Positions 37,642 to 50,177 of a stretch of 64,000 nt of DNA are shown here, piece after piece. The first letter of the stretch is position 1. Every line of letters begins with the position of its first letter. The translations under genes and the position numbers were made by a program. The stretch lies in the NCBI RefSeq assembly GCF_963921235.1, contig NC_086097.1, positions 206,710,001 to 206,774,000 of the forward strand, in the 5' to 3' direction. The notes beneath the pieces were generated by a model. The model worked only from the letters and a program-made list of their open reading frames with translations. It was not told where the DNA came from and did not search any database. The DNA comes from Mobula hypostoma (taxonomy: Eukaryota).

Positions 37642-37910
37642 CACACATCAAAGTTGCTGGTGAACGCAGCAGGCCAGGCAGCATCTCTAGGAAGAGGTAC
37701 AGTCGACGTTTCAGGCCGAGACCCTTAATCAGGACTAACTGAAGGAAGAGTTAGTAAGAGTTACTAACTCTTCCTTCAGTTAGACCTGACGAAGGGTCTC
37801 GGCCTGAAACGTCGACTGTACCTCTTCCTAGAGATGCTGCCTGGCCTGCTGCATTCACCAGAAGCTTTGATGTGTGTTGCTTGAATTTCCAGCATCTTCA
37901 GAATTCCTGT
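37642..37910. mobile_element. Penelope-derived palindromic non-autonomous element nested in CR1
   Basis: 13-bp TSD AGTCAACCTGCGT at 37629-37641 and 37911-37923; inverted arms 37642-37757 and 37761-37876 with loop GAG; 34-bp unpaired extension. Confidence 0.9.
37781..37818 (+). ncRNA. Minimal type I hammerhead ribozyme motif
   Basis: TAGAC-CTGACGA-AGGGTCTCGGCCT-GAAAC-GTC-GACTG: CUGANGA core 37786-37792, stem II, GAAA 37806-37809, palindromic ACGT stem III, GUC site ending 37813; one stem I mismatch. Confidence 0.7.
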
Positions 37911-40139
37911 AGTCAACCTGCGTAGCAGCTTTGAGTGTCCTATGGACTTGGACCCCAAGATCCCTCTGATCCACTACAATGCCAAGAGTCTTGTCATTAG
38001 TACTATAATCTGCCATCATATTTGACCTACCAAAATGAACAACCTCACACTTAACTGGGTTGAACTTCATTTGCCACTTCTCAGCCCAGTTTTGCATCCT
38101 AATGATGTCTCGCTGTAAACTTTGACTGTCCTCCACACTAACCACAACACTCCCAAACTTTTTGTCATCAGCAAATTTACTACCCCACCCCTCCACTTCC
38201 TCATCCAGGTCATTTATAAAAATCTTGAGGAGGAGGGGTCCCAGAATATATCCCTGAGGCACACCACTGGTCACCAACCTGCATGCAGAATATTACCCAT
38301 CTACAACCACCCTTTGCTTTCTGTAGGCAAGCCAATTCTGGATCCACAAAACAAGGTACCCTCGAATCCCATGCTTCCCTACTTTCTCAATAAGCCTGGC
38401 ATGGGGTACCTTATCAAATGCCTTGCTGAAATCCATATACACTACATCTACTACCCTACCTTCATCAATGTGTTTAGTCACATCCACAAAATTTCAATCA
38501 GGCTCATATGGCATGACCTGCCTTTGCCAAAGCCATGCTGACTATTCCAATCATATTATGCCTCTCCAAATGTTCATAAATCCTGCCTCACAGGATCTTT
38601 TCCATCAACTTACCTACCACTGAATTAAGACTCACTGGTCTATAATTTCCTGGGCATTCTCTACTCTCTTTCTTGAATAAAGGAACAACATCTGCAATCC
38701 TCCAGTACTCTGGAACTTCTCCCATCCCAATAATGATGAAAGATTATTTCCAGAGGCTCAGCAATCTCCTCCTTCGCCTCCAACAATAGCCTGTGTATGC
38801 CTCATCCAGTCCTGGAGACTTATCCAACTTGATGCTTTCCAAAAGCTCCTGTACATCCTCTTTCTTTATGTCTATTTGCTCAAGCTTTTCAATCTGCTGT
38901 AAGTAATCCATAAAATCAACCAGGTCCTTTTCTGTAGTGAATACTGAAGCAAAGTATTCATTAAGTACCTCCACTATGTCCTCCAGTTCTATACACACTT
39001 TTCCACTGTCACACTTGATTAGTCCTATTCTCTTGCTCTTCACATACTTAACCTCTTGCTCTTCACATACTTGTAGAATGCCTTGGGTTTTTCTTTAATC
39101 CTGCTCGCCAAGGCCTTCTCATGGCCCCTTCTGGCTCTCCTAATTTCATTTTTAAGCTCTGTCCTGCTAGCCTTATAATCTTCTAGATCTCTATCGTCAC
39201 CTATTTTTTTGAACCTTTCGTAAACTTTTCTTCTTGACCAGATTTTCAACAGCCTTTGCATACCACGGTTCCTGTGCCCTACCATCCTTTCCATATTTCA
39301 TTGGAACATACCTATGCAGAACGCCACACAAATATCCCCTGAACATTTACCACATTTCTGCCATACTTTTCCCTGAGAACATCTGCTCCCAAATTATGCT
39401 TCCAAGTTCCTGTCTGATAGCTTCATATTTCTCCTGACTCCAATTAACACTTTCCTAACTTGTCTGTTCCTATCTTTCTCCAATGCTATTGTAAAGGAGA
39501 TAGAATTGTGATCACTATCTCCAAAATGCTCTCCCACTGAGGGACCTGACACCTGACCAGGTTCATTTCCCAATACCAGATCAAGTACAGCCTCCCCTCT
39601 TGTAGGCTTATCTACATATTGTGTCAGGAAACCTTCCCGAACACACCTAACAAACTCCACCCCACCTAAACCCCTTGCTCTAGGGACATGCCAATTGATA
39701 TTTGAGAAATTGAAATCTCCCACCTCGACAACCCTGTTATTATTACACCTTTCCAGAATCTGTCTACCTATCTGCTCCTCAAAGTCTCTATTATTATTAG
39801 CTGATCTATAAAAAACACCCAGTAGAGTAATTGACCCCTTCCTGTTTTTAACTTCCACCCACAGAGATTCCGTAGACAATCCCTCCATGACTTCCTCCTT
39901 TCTGCAGTCGTGACACTATCTCTGATCAGCAGTGCCACGCCCCCACCTCTTTTGCCTCCCTCCCTGTCCTTTCTGAAACATCTAAAGCCTGGCACTTGAA
40001 GTAACAATTCCTGCCCCTGAGCCATCCAAGTCTCTGTAAGTACTGATCCACGCTCTAAGCTCATCCGCTTTGTTCATGATGCTTCTGGCATTAAAATAGA
40101 CACATCTCAAACCATCGGTCTGAGTGCATCCCTTCTCTA

Positions 40140-41075
40140 GTAATACATCTGACTTTATCTTCTCCTTCTCAAAATTCATGAGGACTTCGATCATATTATG
40201 ATCACTTTCCCCGACAGTTCTTTTATCTTAAGCTCTCTAATCAATTCTGATTCATTGCACACCACCCAATCCAGAATAGCTGATTCCCTCGTGTGCTCAT
40301 CCATGATCTGCTCTAAAAAGCCATCTCATAGGCATTCCAGAAATTCCTTCTCCTGGAATCCAGTACCAACCTGGTTTTCCCAATCTACCTGCATATTAAA
40401 ATCCCCCATGTCTATTATAACATTGCTCCTTTGGCATGCATTTTCGACTCCCATTGTAATTTGTAGGCCACATCCTTAATACTGCTTGGGGGTCTGTATA
40501 CAACTCCCATCAGGACCTTTTTACAGTTGCAGTTCCTTAGCTCTCTCCACAATGATTCAAAACCGTGCAACCCCATGTCACTTCTCTCTAATAATTCAAT
40601 TTATTTTTTTTATCAACAGAGCAACGCTGCCCCCTTTACCCTCCTGCCTATCTTTTTGATAAAATGCCCATCCTTGGACATAAAGCTCCCAGTTATAATC
40701 TTCATTCAGCCAGGATCCTGTGATGCCTACATTATCATCCCTGCAACTGTGCTGCAAGTTCATCTACCTTATTCTGTATATTGCACACTTTCAGATATAA
40801 CCTTCAGTCCTCTATTTAACCTTTTCAATTTTGTCCACCTTTTACATTGCAACTCATCCCGTTGACTGCAATTTTGCCCTATCAATAGCCTCTCCTCACT
40901 ACATATTGCCTCTGTTTGTAATCCAGCTGCCTCATCTTCAGCTCTATCACTCACCTATCCTGTGATACTTCTTGCATTGAAATATACGCAGCTCAGGACA
41001 CTAGTCACACCATGCTCAATGTTTTGATACGTAACTTCGTCTGAGATTTTACCAACATCTGCCTCCATAACCTCC
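40140..41075 (-). mobile_element. CR1 (second subfamily) endonuclease-region fragment
   Basis: Minus-strand remnants GDFNMQVDWENQVG and SDYNMIEV; KRLNRGLKVI. Confidence 0.75.
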
Positions 41076-41690
41076 CTGAGGAAGGCAAATGTGATGTTAA
41101 CATTCATTTTGAGAGGACTAGAATATAAAAGCAATGATGTAATGCTGAGACTTTATAAAGCATTTGGAGTACTGTGAGCAGTTTTGAAACTGGAGAGGTT
41201 TCAAAGGAAGTTCACAAAAATGATTCTAAGGTTGAATGGCTTGTCATACGAGGAGTGTTTGATGGCTCTGGGCCTGTATTCACTAGAATTCAGAAGAATG
41301 AGAGATGATCTAATTGAGACCTATCAAATGGTGAAAGGCCTTGATTCAGTGGATGTGGAGAGGATGTTTCCTATGGTAAGAGAGTCTGAGAGCAGAAGAC
41401 ACAGCCTCAGAATAGAGGGGTGTCCTTTTGGAAGAGTGACGAGGAGGAATTTCTGTGTGTGAGTGGTGAATCTGTGGAATTCTTTGCGAAAGGCAGTCGT
41501 GGAGACCATGTCAGAATGTGTATTTTACACAAATGTTGATAGAGTCTTGACTAGTCAAGGCATGAAGGGATACAGGGAGAAGGCAGGAGATTAGGGCTGA
41601 GAGAAAAAATGGATCAGCCATGATGGAATGGCAGAGCAGACTCGATGGACCAAATGGCCTAATTCTGATCCTATATCTTTTGGCCTTATG
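41076..41690 (+). mobile_element. CR1 3' fragment
   Basis: ORF 41184-41462 LERFQRKFTKMI..LGLYSLEFRRMR; CR1 3'UTR. Confidence 0.9.
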
Positions 41691-41694
41691 TTTC

Positions 41695-44600
41695 TACTTC
41701 TTCATGGACTGTTACCTTGTCATGTTGAGGGGGCTTCTGTACCTCAGTGATGCTATGAGCTATATCATGTAGAGCTACTCAAGATGGCAGAGAGTTCAGA
41801 CCAAATATGGTCCACTGGAGAAGGAAATGGCAACCCACTCCTGTAATTTGCCAAGAGAACCTTATGAATAAAAGAGATATATGAGAATGACACCAGAAGA
41901 TGAGCCCCGCAGGTCTGAAGGTGCTCAACATGCTAATGCAGAATAATGGAGGACAAGTATGAGTAGTACCAGAGCTAATGGCATGGTTGGATTGAAGCCC
42001 AAAGGATGTCCAGCTGCTGATGTGCCTAGAAATGGAAAGAAGGTTCGATGTTGTAAAGATCGATACACCATTGGAAACTGGAATGTAAGATCCATGTATC
42101 AAGGTTAGCTAAATGTGGTCAAAAATGAGATGGCAAGACTAAAAACGAGATGACAAGATGGCATTGACATATTGGGAAGTAGTGAACTAAAGTGGACTGA
42201 AATGGGTCATTTTACATCAGACAATTACCACTTCTTCTAATGTGGGCAGGAAACCCACAGAAAGAATGATATGGCTTTAATTATGAAAAAAAAGGGTATC
42301 AAAATCAGTGATTGGATACAACCCCAAAAATGATAGAATGATGACAATATGACTTCAAGGCAAGCCTTTCAACATCACAGTGATCCAAGTTTATGATCCA
42401 ACCAGAGATGCCAAAGAAGATGAAATTATCCAGTTTTATGAAGAAATGCAGCACCTCCTGGTTATAGCACCAAAAATAGATGTTACATTTATCTTTGGAG
42501 ACTGGAATGCCAAAGTTAGAAATCACAGAACACCTGGCGTAACTTTGGCCTTGGAGTAGGGAGTGAAGCAGGACAGTGACTGGTAGAATTTTGCCAAATT
42601 AACTCTGTGGTTATACCAAATATCCTCTTCCAACAGCCTAAGGGGCAGCTCTATACATAGACGTCACCAGACAGTCAATACTGAAACCAGATTGACTATA
42701 TACTTTGCAATCAGAGATGGAAGAATGTTATACAGTTAGCTAAAACAAGACCAGGAGCAGACTGTGGCTCAGACCATAAGCTGCTTGTTGTAATATTCAG
42801 AATGAAACTGAAGAATATCAGGAAAACCAGCGTATCATCAAAGTCTGATGTTGATAGCATCCCTCAAGGATTTGCCGTGGAGGTGAAGAATAGATTCAAT
42901 GGATTAAGCCTGGTCGCAAGAAAGCCAGAAGAACTATGGATAGAAGTAAGGAGCAAAAAATATTGCAAATAAAAAGAAGACCAGGAAAGCAAAATGGCTT
43001 TCTGCGGAGGCTCTACAATTGGCTAAGCAGCAAAGAGAAGTGAAAAGGTAATGGAGATTGGAACAATATCTCCAACTGAATGCAAAGTTCAAGAAGATAG
43101 CAAGGGAAGATAAGAAAACTTAGTGAAAGAATGTGAAGAAGCCAACAGAATTGGAAAAACAAGAGATCTATTCAACAAGATGAGAGAAATCGAAGGAATG
43201 TTTCATGCAAAAATGAGTATAGTGAAAGACAAAGAACGGAAGGACCTTACAGAAGCAGAAGATATCAAAAAGAGATGGCAGAAATACACAGAAGAATTGT
43301 ACAGGAAAGATCCCAACAGCGAAGACACCTGCAATGACTCCCTCATCGATCTAGAGCCGGATATTTTGGAAAGTGAAGTGGAATGGGCAATAGGAAACAT
43401 TGCCAATAATAAAGCTGCAGGATGTGACAGGATTCCAGTTGAATTCCCAAGAAGGGAAATGTGAAGGAACGTTCAAATTACTGAACAATTTCACTAATTT
43501 CACATGCTAGTAAGGTAATGCTAAAGATCATGAAAGCAAGTCTCCAGCAATATATGGAATGAGAACTGCCAGATGTACAAGCTGGTTTTAGAAGAGGCAG
43601 AAGCACCAGAGACCAAATTCCTACCTACGCTGGATAATGGAAAAATTGAGGGAATTCCAGAAAAGTATTTATCTATGTTTTATTGACTACTCTAAAGCCT
43701 TCAACAGTGTGGAACCTAATAGACTATGGCAAATCCTTAAAGAAATGGGGATACCTGGTCATCTGATCTGCCTTATGAGAAACTTGTATGAAGATCAATA
43801 AGCGGCAGTCAGAACTGAACACAGAACGACAAACTGGTTCAAGATTGGGAAAGGATTTGACAAGGCTGCATACTGTCACCCTACTTATTTAATCAATATA
43901 CTGAACACATCATGAGGAATGCTGGTCCAGAGGACACAAATGTTGGAATCAAACTTGCCAGACAAAATATTAACAACCTCAGATATGCGGATGATACTAC
44001 TCTAATGGCTGAAAGTGAAGAGGATCTGAGGAAGATTCTAATCAAAGTGAAAGAAGAAAGTGCAAAAGCTGGCTTGTTTCTCAATATTAAGAAAAACAAG
44101 ATTATGTTGACCAGCCCTATTAACTCTGTGGTAATAAATGGAAAGGAAGTTGAAACAATGACAGATTTTGTCTTCCTCGGTTCAAAGATTTCTGTAGATG
44201 GTAACTGCAGCCACGAAATTAAATGGCACTCACTTCTGGGGAGGGCAGCAGTGGCAAACTTAGATAAAATACTGAAGAGCCGCGACATAACATTGTCAAT
44301 GAAGATCAGTATAGTCAAGTCTATGGTATTTCCGGTTGTGATGTATGGCTGTGAGAGCTGGACTATTAATTAGGCTGAGTACAAAAGAATCAACGCCCTT
44401 GAACGTGGATGCTGGAGTTAAGAGTTCGTTGGACAGCAAGAAGATCCAACAAGTCAATACTCGATGAAATACAGCCAGACTGCTCACTAGGAGGCTTGTT
44501 CATGAGACAAAAGCTCAAATATTTTGGCCACGTCATGAGAAGACAGGATTTCTTGTAGAAGACTGTCATGTTAGGTAAAACAGACAATAAAAGATGACAG

Positions 44601-44752
44601 AAGCTACAATGGATAGATGAAATTACTCAGACAATGTGTATGACTTTGGGGGATCTTCGAGAAGCAGTTTCCAACAAGAAGGCTTGGTGTGCAGGGGTGT
44701 GCAGGAGTCCGCGAGGTCACAAAGTGTCAGACTCAACTTAAGGACTGAACAA
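41695..44752 (+). mobile_element. Full-length RTE-BovB LINE (3058 bp), decayed ORF
   Basis: 10-bp TSD CTTATGTTTC at 41685-41694 and 44753-44762; 5'UTR with TGGTCCACTGGAGAAGGAAATGGCAACCCACTCC; EN GNWNVRSM; RIGKTRDLF, LEPDILESEVEWA, NNLRYADDTTLMAESEE, MVFPVVMYGCESWT; 3' end ...GACTGAACAAC. Confidence 0.93.
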
Positions 44753-44959
44753 CTTATGTTTCCAAGTGAATTGTAAAGTCTTATGGTAAACATTACAACC
44801 TTCTGTGTAACAGAATTAAAAGACTTTGAATGAAACATTTTAGATTTTATTTTCAACTTTCAAATGGCTCTTTCCGACTTTCCCTGGCTGGTTATTATTA
44901 ACTTTATTTTTATCATAGATTCATGATACTGTACTGCATTTTTAAATCAAGGTAGAAAG

Positions 44960-46155
44960 GGGATGAGCAACTGTACAGTGAGTATAAGGATTTAGGGGAG
45001 AGACTGAACAGAAGGATCTCCAAGGTAGTAATCTCTGAATTACTTGCAGTATCACAAGCTCGTTGAGGTAGGAATAGGATGATAGTACAAATGAACGAGT
45101 GGCTGAGGGAGTAGAGTGGATGGCATGGTTTCTGATTTCTGGATCATTCGGATTTTTCTGGGGAAGGATGACCTGTACGAAAAGGATGGGTTATACCTTA
45201 ACCAGAAGGGGACTAATAGTCTTGTGGACAGGTTTGCCAGAGCTGGTGGGAAGATTATAAATTAATTCAGCAGGGGATTGTAAACCAGAGTGATAGTGCT
45301 GAGGATGGGGCAATTGGTATACAAGTTGATGAACTGTGTAGTGGGACTGTGCAGAAGACCGACAGATGATAGAGCAAAATTTCAGTCAGTGGGATGACTT
45401 CAAGAGTAACATGGAGCAAACTCAAAAACGGTGGTGAATAGAGGACTGAAGGTGTTATACTTGAGTGTATTCAGCATATTGAATAAGGTAGATGATCTTG
45501 TAGCGCAGATGAAGATTGGCAGATGTTACGTCTTGAGAATCACTGAGTCGTGGCTAAAAGAAGATCATAGTTTGGAGCTTAACATCCAAGGATACACCTT
45601 GTAATGAAAGGACAGGTGGGTAGACAAAGGGGGTGAGGTGGCTCTGTTAATAACAAATGAAATCAAATCCTTAGAAAGAGGTGATATTAGATCAGAAGTT
45701 TTAGAAATATTGTGGGTTATGTTAAGAAAACCCAAGAGTAAAAAGACCCTGATGGGAGTTCTATATAGGCCTTGAAATAGTAGCCAGGATGTGGGATATA
45801 AATAACAAAAGGAGATAGAAAAGGCATGTAATAAGGACAAAGTTATGATTGTCATGGGGAATTTCAATATGCAGGTAGACTGAGAAAATTAGGTTGGTGC
45901 AAATGGCACCAAATTGGTACCTAAATAGACCACACCTTCTGGCTGTTTACCTCCCCACTTAAGAATGCTGAGGACTCGATCTGAGATATCTCAGATTCTG
46001 GCACCCGGAAGGCACATACCATCTGGGAATCTCATTCTTGCCCACAGAATCTCCTTTCCATTCCCCTAACTAATGAATCCCCTATCACCACATGATGAAA
46101 TGGCAGAGCAAACTTGATGGGCCAAGTGGTCTAACTTTACTCCTATATCTTATGT
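44960..46155 (+). mobile_element. Rearranged CR1 fragments (ORF1 esterase end, EN start, short inverted piece, 3' tip)
   Basis: DLYEKDGLYLNQKGTN; ITESWLKED; GNFNMQVD; CR1 tail at about 46095-46155. Confidence 0.75.
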
Positions 46156-47672
46156 TGTAATTATTCCCATCTCACATACGGGAATCATCTCTTTTGTCTG
46201 GAATTTTACCAAGATTGTAATGAATTGGTGTTGAGCACAGCTAACATGAGCATTGACAATGAGGTTATTGGTGTATATGTTTAGTAGATTAGTTAAATTG
46301 TGAAGATAAAAATAAACTTGCTGGGATTTTAGAACTTCTTTCAATAATTATGAATAACTAAGAAGCGACAGGATTATTGGTGAAGAAAATGGCACTTGAC
46401 AGCAAGGTCATGACCTCTTGTTTCTTTGTTACTGATGACCGAGTGTAGACTAATAAGGAAGCAATTGGGCAGAACGATTTGTCTTCCATTTTGTGGACTA
46501 GATGAACCACATTTTCTGCAATGTCAGCTGAGTACAGGTGTTGCAGTTATATTAGCTATTGAAACATCAGATATATTTAAAAAAACTGCACCCACAAGCA
46601 TCTTCTGCTGATCTTTTCCTTTCTAAGTACTGTTCATATTGGAAATTAAGTGTGTCCACAATCTTCCAATCCTCTCTGGAGAACCAAAATTGGACGCTTA
46701 TATATTGCTTAATAGTGGAGAAATCTTCCACATTGATAGAACAAATATAAAATCTCCTCCACTGTTCTTTGTTATGAAAATATACATAAAATGACTTTCA
46801 GGTGGAGTCCTTTTCTAACTCAAGTCATTACTCAACATTTAACATTACTCTTAACTCAACTCATTCACTTAAGACTGAAATTCACAGAAACAGATGAAAA
46901 ATATATAAACTTTATTGTATTTATAATTTAGTTATTTTAATTTCAAATCCTTGCATGACAAAAACACAACTTTTATAAACTGGTGCATCTAATTTGACTG
47001 ATGCAAAAGAGCTCAAACATACAATAGCAAATATTTGCAAATATCTGATAACGCCAGCTGTACTTCTCATATTTACATCTCTTCAAACATTTACTTATTC
47101 ACTTTTAATTCAGGTCACTGGCATTCTTAAAATGATGCTACTATAAAATTTGATCTGCCTGCAAGTAGACTGGATATTATGCACAACTTGTCAGTTTTCC
47201 GAGAATGTACTATAACTTTATGTTATTTCATTCTACCACTTTCCTATGTCAGTAAAAAAGGAAGCAACAAACCTCTCTAAAAGGAAGTGGTGAAGGCAGG
47301 AGGTGAGGAGGAGGGTGAAACAATGTTGGGTTAATTGGAAAACCTAATTTCCTGTATCAGGTATAAAAATCTGTAAAGTTTGCTAAGAATGACAAATTAA
47401 TTTAATATTGGTCAAATGAAAGTTTTGTTTTTAAAAACCAATCATAAATGCTCTAATTCAAAAATAGATTATCTTGATCATAGAAAGGGGAAAGATATTT
47501 ATCTGCTTTTAATTTTTGCTGAGTTTGAAAAAGAAATGAAACTTTGCTTAATTTTTTTCAACTTTCTTTTTCACTCCAAGTCTTCACTGATGAATTTTTA
47601 AACTTCGATGGCAATTCATAATAAAATATTGTAAGGAGGCTATTTGACCCCTCAAGCCCAGCTCACTTTCAG

Positions 47673-47890
47673 TGGGGTGGCATGGTCGAATAGTGGACAG
47701 CAAAATGCTATTACAGTGCCAGTGACACAGGGTGAGATCCTGCTACTGTCTGTAAGGTGTTTATACGTTCTCCCACTTTCCAAAGATATACAGCTAAGTA
47801 AGTTCACTGGTCACACGAACGCAATTGGGTGGTGCAGGCTCATTGGGTGGAAGGGCCTGTTGACAAGCTGTATTTCTAAATAAAATATAA
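47673..47890 (+). mobile_element. tRNA-derived SINE
   Basis: GGGGTGGCATGGT...GCTATTACAGTGCCAG...CTGTCTGTAAGGTGTTT...GGAAGGGCCTGTT...TAAATAAA. Confidence 0.75.
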
Positions 47891-47999
47891 GTAAAATAAA
47901 GATAACAGCCAATCTGATCTAGTCTCAGCTCTTTATCTGCTATTACTCATCATTCATGTCTACCTAACCCAAAAAATATGTCTAGCATTGGCTATGAAT

Positions 48000-48390
48000 A
48001 TATCCAATGATAAAACCATTTAAGAAACTTCTGCACTCTTCCACTCCTTATTCTGAAACCTTTTTCTTAGAATTCTGGAGGAGGAAATATTTCTTCTCAG
48101 AGTATACATTTTCAAGCCACTTTAGAATCTAGTGTTTCAGAAAGGTCATCTCTCCTGCTCTGTCTTTGCTGATAAGACAAATCCTACATCCCTGTAATCA
48201 CCCAATAGACTTTTGTGAACAGCCTCAAAAACAAAAGTCTTCCTAATAAGGAAATCAAAACTCAATGCACAATACAGATAAGCTCTCACCAATGTACTCA
48301 ATAGCTGTAGTAAGACTTCCTTATTTTTATGCATTATCCCATCTGCATTAAACCCTAGCTTATTTGCCTTCTTAATTATTTACTCTAGCT
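48000..48390 (-). mobile_element. Old CR1 3' remnant
   Basis: ORF 48146-48334(-) KNKEVLLQLLSTLVRAYLYC. Confidence 0.6.
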
Positions 48391-49274
48391 GCACACATGG
48401 GTAAGTACAGCTGTATAAGAACTGTGTCTGTCAAATCTAGCTATAACTGTTTATATTCTGTTCGGAACTCTCCAAACGTCTATATGCTATAACATTGGTT
48501 TCCATCACTTGAGATTCTCTATGATACATGAACATTCAAATATTTAATTGACTCTGTAAGGGAAAATAGTTTTTTTTTGCAAGCTCTGATCTCCATAATG
48601 CACAAAGTACCTTTTCAAACTGCTGTGAATGGGATCCAGTGTTATACTAAGGGGAAGAGGAAATAGACTATTGTAACTGTTGCTTTAAGCCTTTAATATA
48701 ACACTGAATTTCGACCTATAAGTAGGATAGAGAAGGATATATAGATCAGCCCAGTCATTTCCCAGTTGATGATTTAGAAACAATATAATGTACATTTGTG
48801 TACCTAAATCAAAATATTTAGGAGAAGCTTTCAGTAAGAATGACGTTGAAGTCTCCAGCCACCTTTTACATGTCATTTCGTCTCTGAATCTATTTTCATA
48901 AGTCACTGTGAACATCATGTTACATATCTAGTACAAGTCAGAAGATCACATTGACCTGATTCAATATAAATTGCAAAGCTGGGGAAAGGTTTGTGTGTTG
49001 CTTTAGTTATCAACATTGGTTATGTAACCTGCAAAACACAAAAACAGAAGTTGGGATCAGACTCTTTTCAAACTGGGGCCCACAGACCCCAAGGTTAAAG
49101 GTAGGGGTCCATGGTGTAAAAAAGGTTGTGAATTCTGCTCAAGAGAAGTGACACTTGTGTGGAAGAAAGGGAGAGATACAGGAGACTGCAGATGCTGGAA
49201 TCTGAAACAACACATAAACTCAATGGGCTGGCAGCTTCAATGGAAGGAACTGAAATTTTTAGTTTTGGATGAAG

Positions 49275-49595
49275 GTGGTATGGTAGTGTAGTGATGAGCA
49301 TAATGCTATTACAGTGCCAGAAGTCACCAATCAGGGTTCAATTCCTGCTGCTGTCTGTAAGGAGTTTGTAAATTGTCCCCATGACCACATGCATTTCCTC
49401 CAGTTGCTGTTGTTTCCACACATATTCATAAGATAAACTATTAGGGTTAGTGAGTTATGGGGATGCTCTGTTGGTGCTAGATGCATGGCAACGCATGCGG
49501 GCTATGCATCACAATCCTCGCTGACTTGATTTGATGTAAGTGACACACTTCATTGCATGTTTCAATGTACATGTGACAAATAACGCTAATTTTTA
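49275..49595 (+). mobile_element. tRNA-derived V-domain SINE with Rex1/L2-type tail
   Basis: A-box/B-box-like head (GGGTTCAATTCC), GGAGTTTGTA..., tail TTTCAATGTACATGTGACAAATAA. Confidence 0.75.
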
Positions 49596-49717
49596 TCAGA
49601 ATCTAACAGTCAAGCTTTTCTTTATCAAAGATATAGAATTACTATACATTACAAAGGTGAATATACTTTGTAAACAGAAGGAATAATTAGGTCATATTCA
49701 TGGGTTCATTCTCTTTC

Positions 49718-49815
49718 CTTCAGTCAAGATGAAGGGCCTTGACCCAAAACGTGGACTGTCCATTTGCCTCCATAGGTACTGCTTGACCTGTTGAACCCCT
49801 CCAGCATTCTGGGAG
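49718..49815 (+). mobile_element. Old Penelope-derived arm with decayed hammerhead motif
   Basis: CAGTC-AAGATGA-AGGGCCTTGACCC-AAAAC-GTG-GACTG has the same layout as 37781-37818 with a mutated core; opposite-strand arm remnant at about 49175-49260. Confidence 0.6.
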
Positions 49816-49890
49816 TTACATTCAAGTTTTCTGGAACATGCTACAGTATCTGATCCAATCTCTGGCCAAGTCAGATGGAGAAATTGATAG

Positions 49891-50177
49891 TGTAGTGATG
49901 TGCTACACATACACCTAGAAATAACGACACGCAGTCTGTAAGTTGCACTCAAGACTAGTTTATTCAAACTTCGCGGCACTCGCTTTTACGCAGTTCCGTT
50001 CCCACCCTCTCCAGGCGGAAATAACATCAGAGGTGCATTACAAAAGTCTCTTCCCGTGCATGGGCTTTCTCCCCTTGCTGGTGAAGAAGGCCCAGCGCCA
50101 TGTTGGGGCTGGCCTCTCTGCCGACGCACGCGCCATTTTGTGAGCCGGTTCGCCTGCGTAGAAACTGGGTCGCCACA
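49891..50177 (-). repeat. Gypsy 3' LTR (287 bp), preceded by polypurine tract at about 50178-50195
   Basis: Direct repeat of 53930-54215; minus-strand GGGCAGGGGGTTTA|TGT. Confidence 0.95.

Larger units (their letters stand above)
37027..40137 (-). mobile_element. CR1 LINE, near-complete ORF2, decayed
   Basis: LRCVYFNARSI, TETW, GDFNF, DSDHN (EN); YMDFSKAFDKVPH, GVPQG, KFADD (RT); tail CATAGAAACATAGAAA at 37027. Confidence 0.95.
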
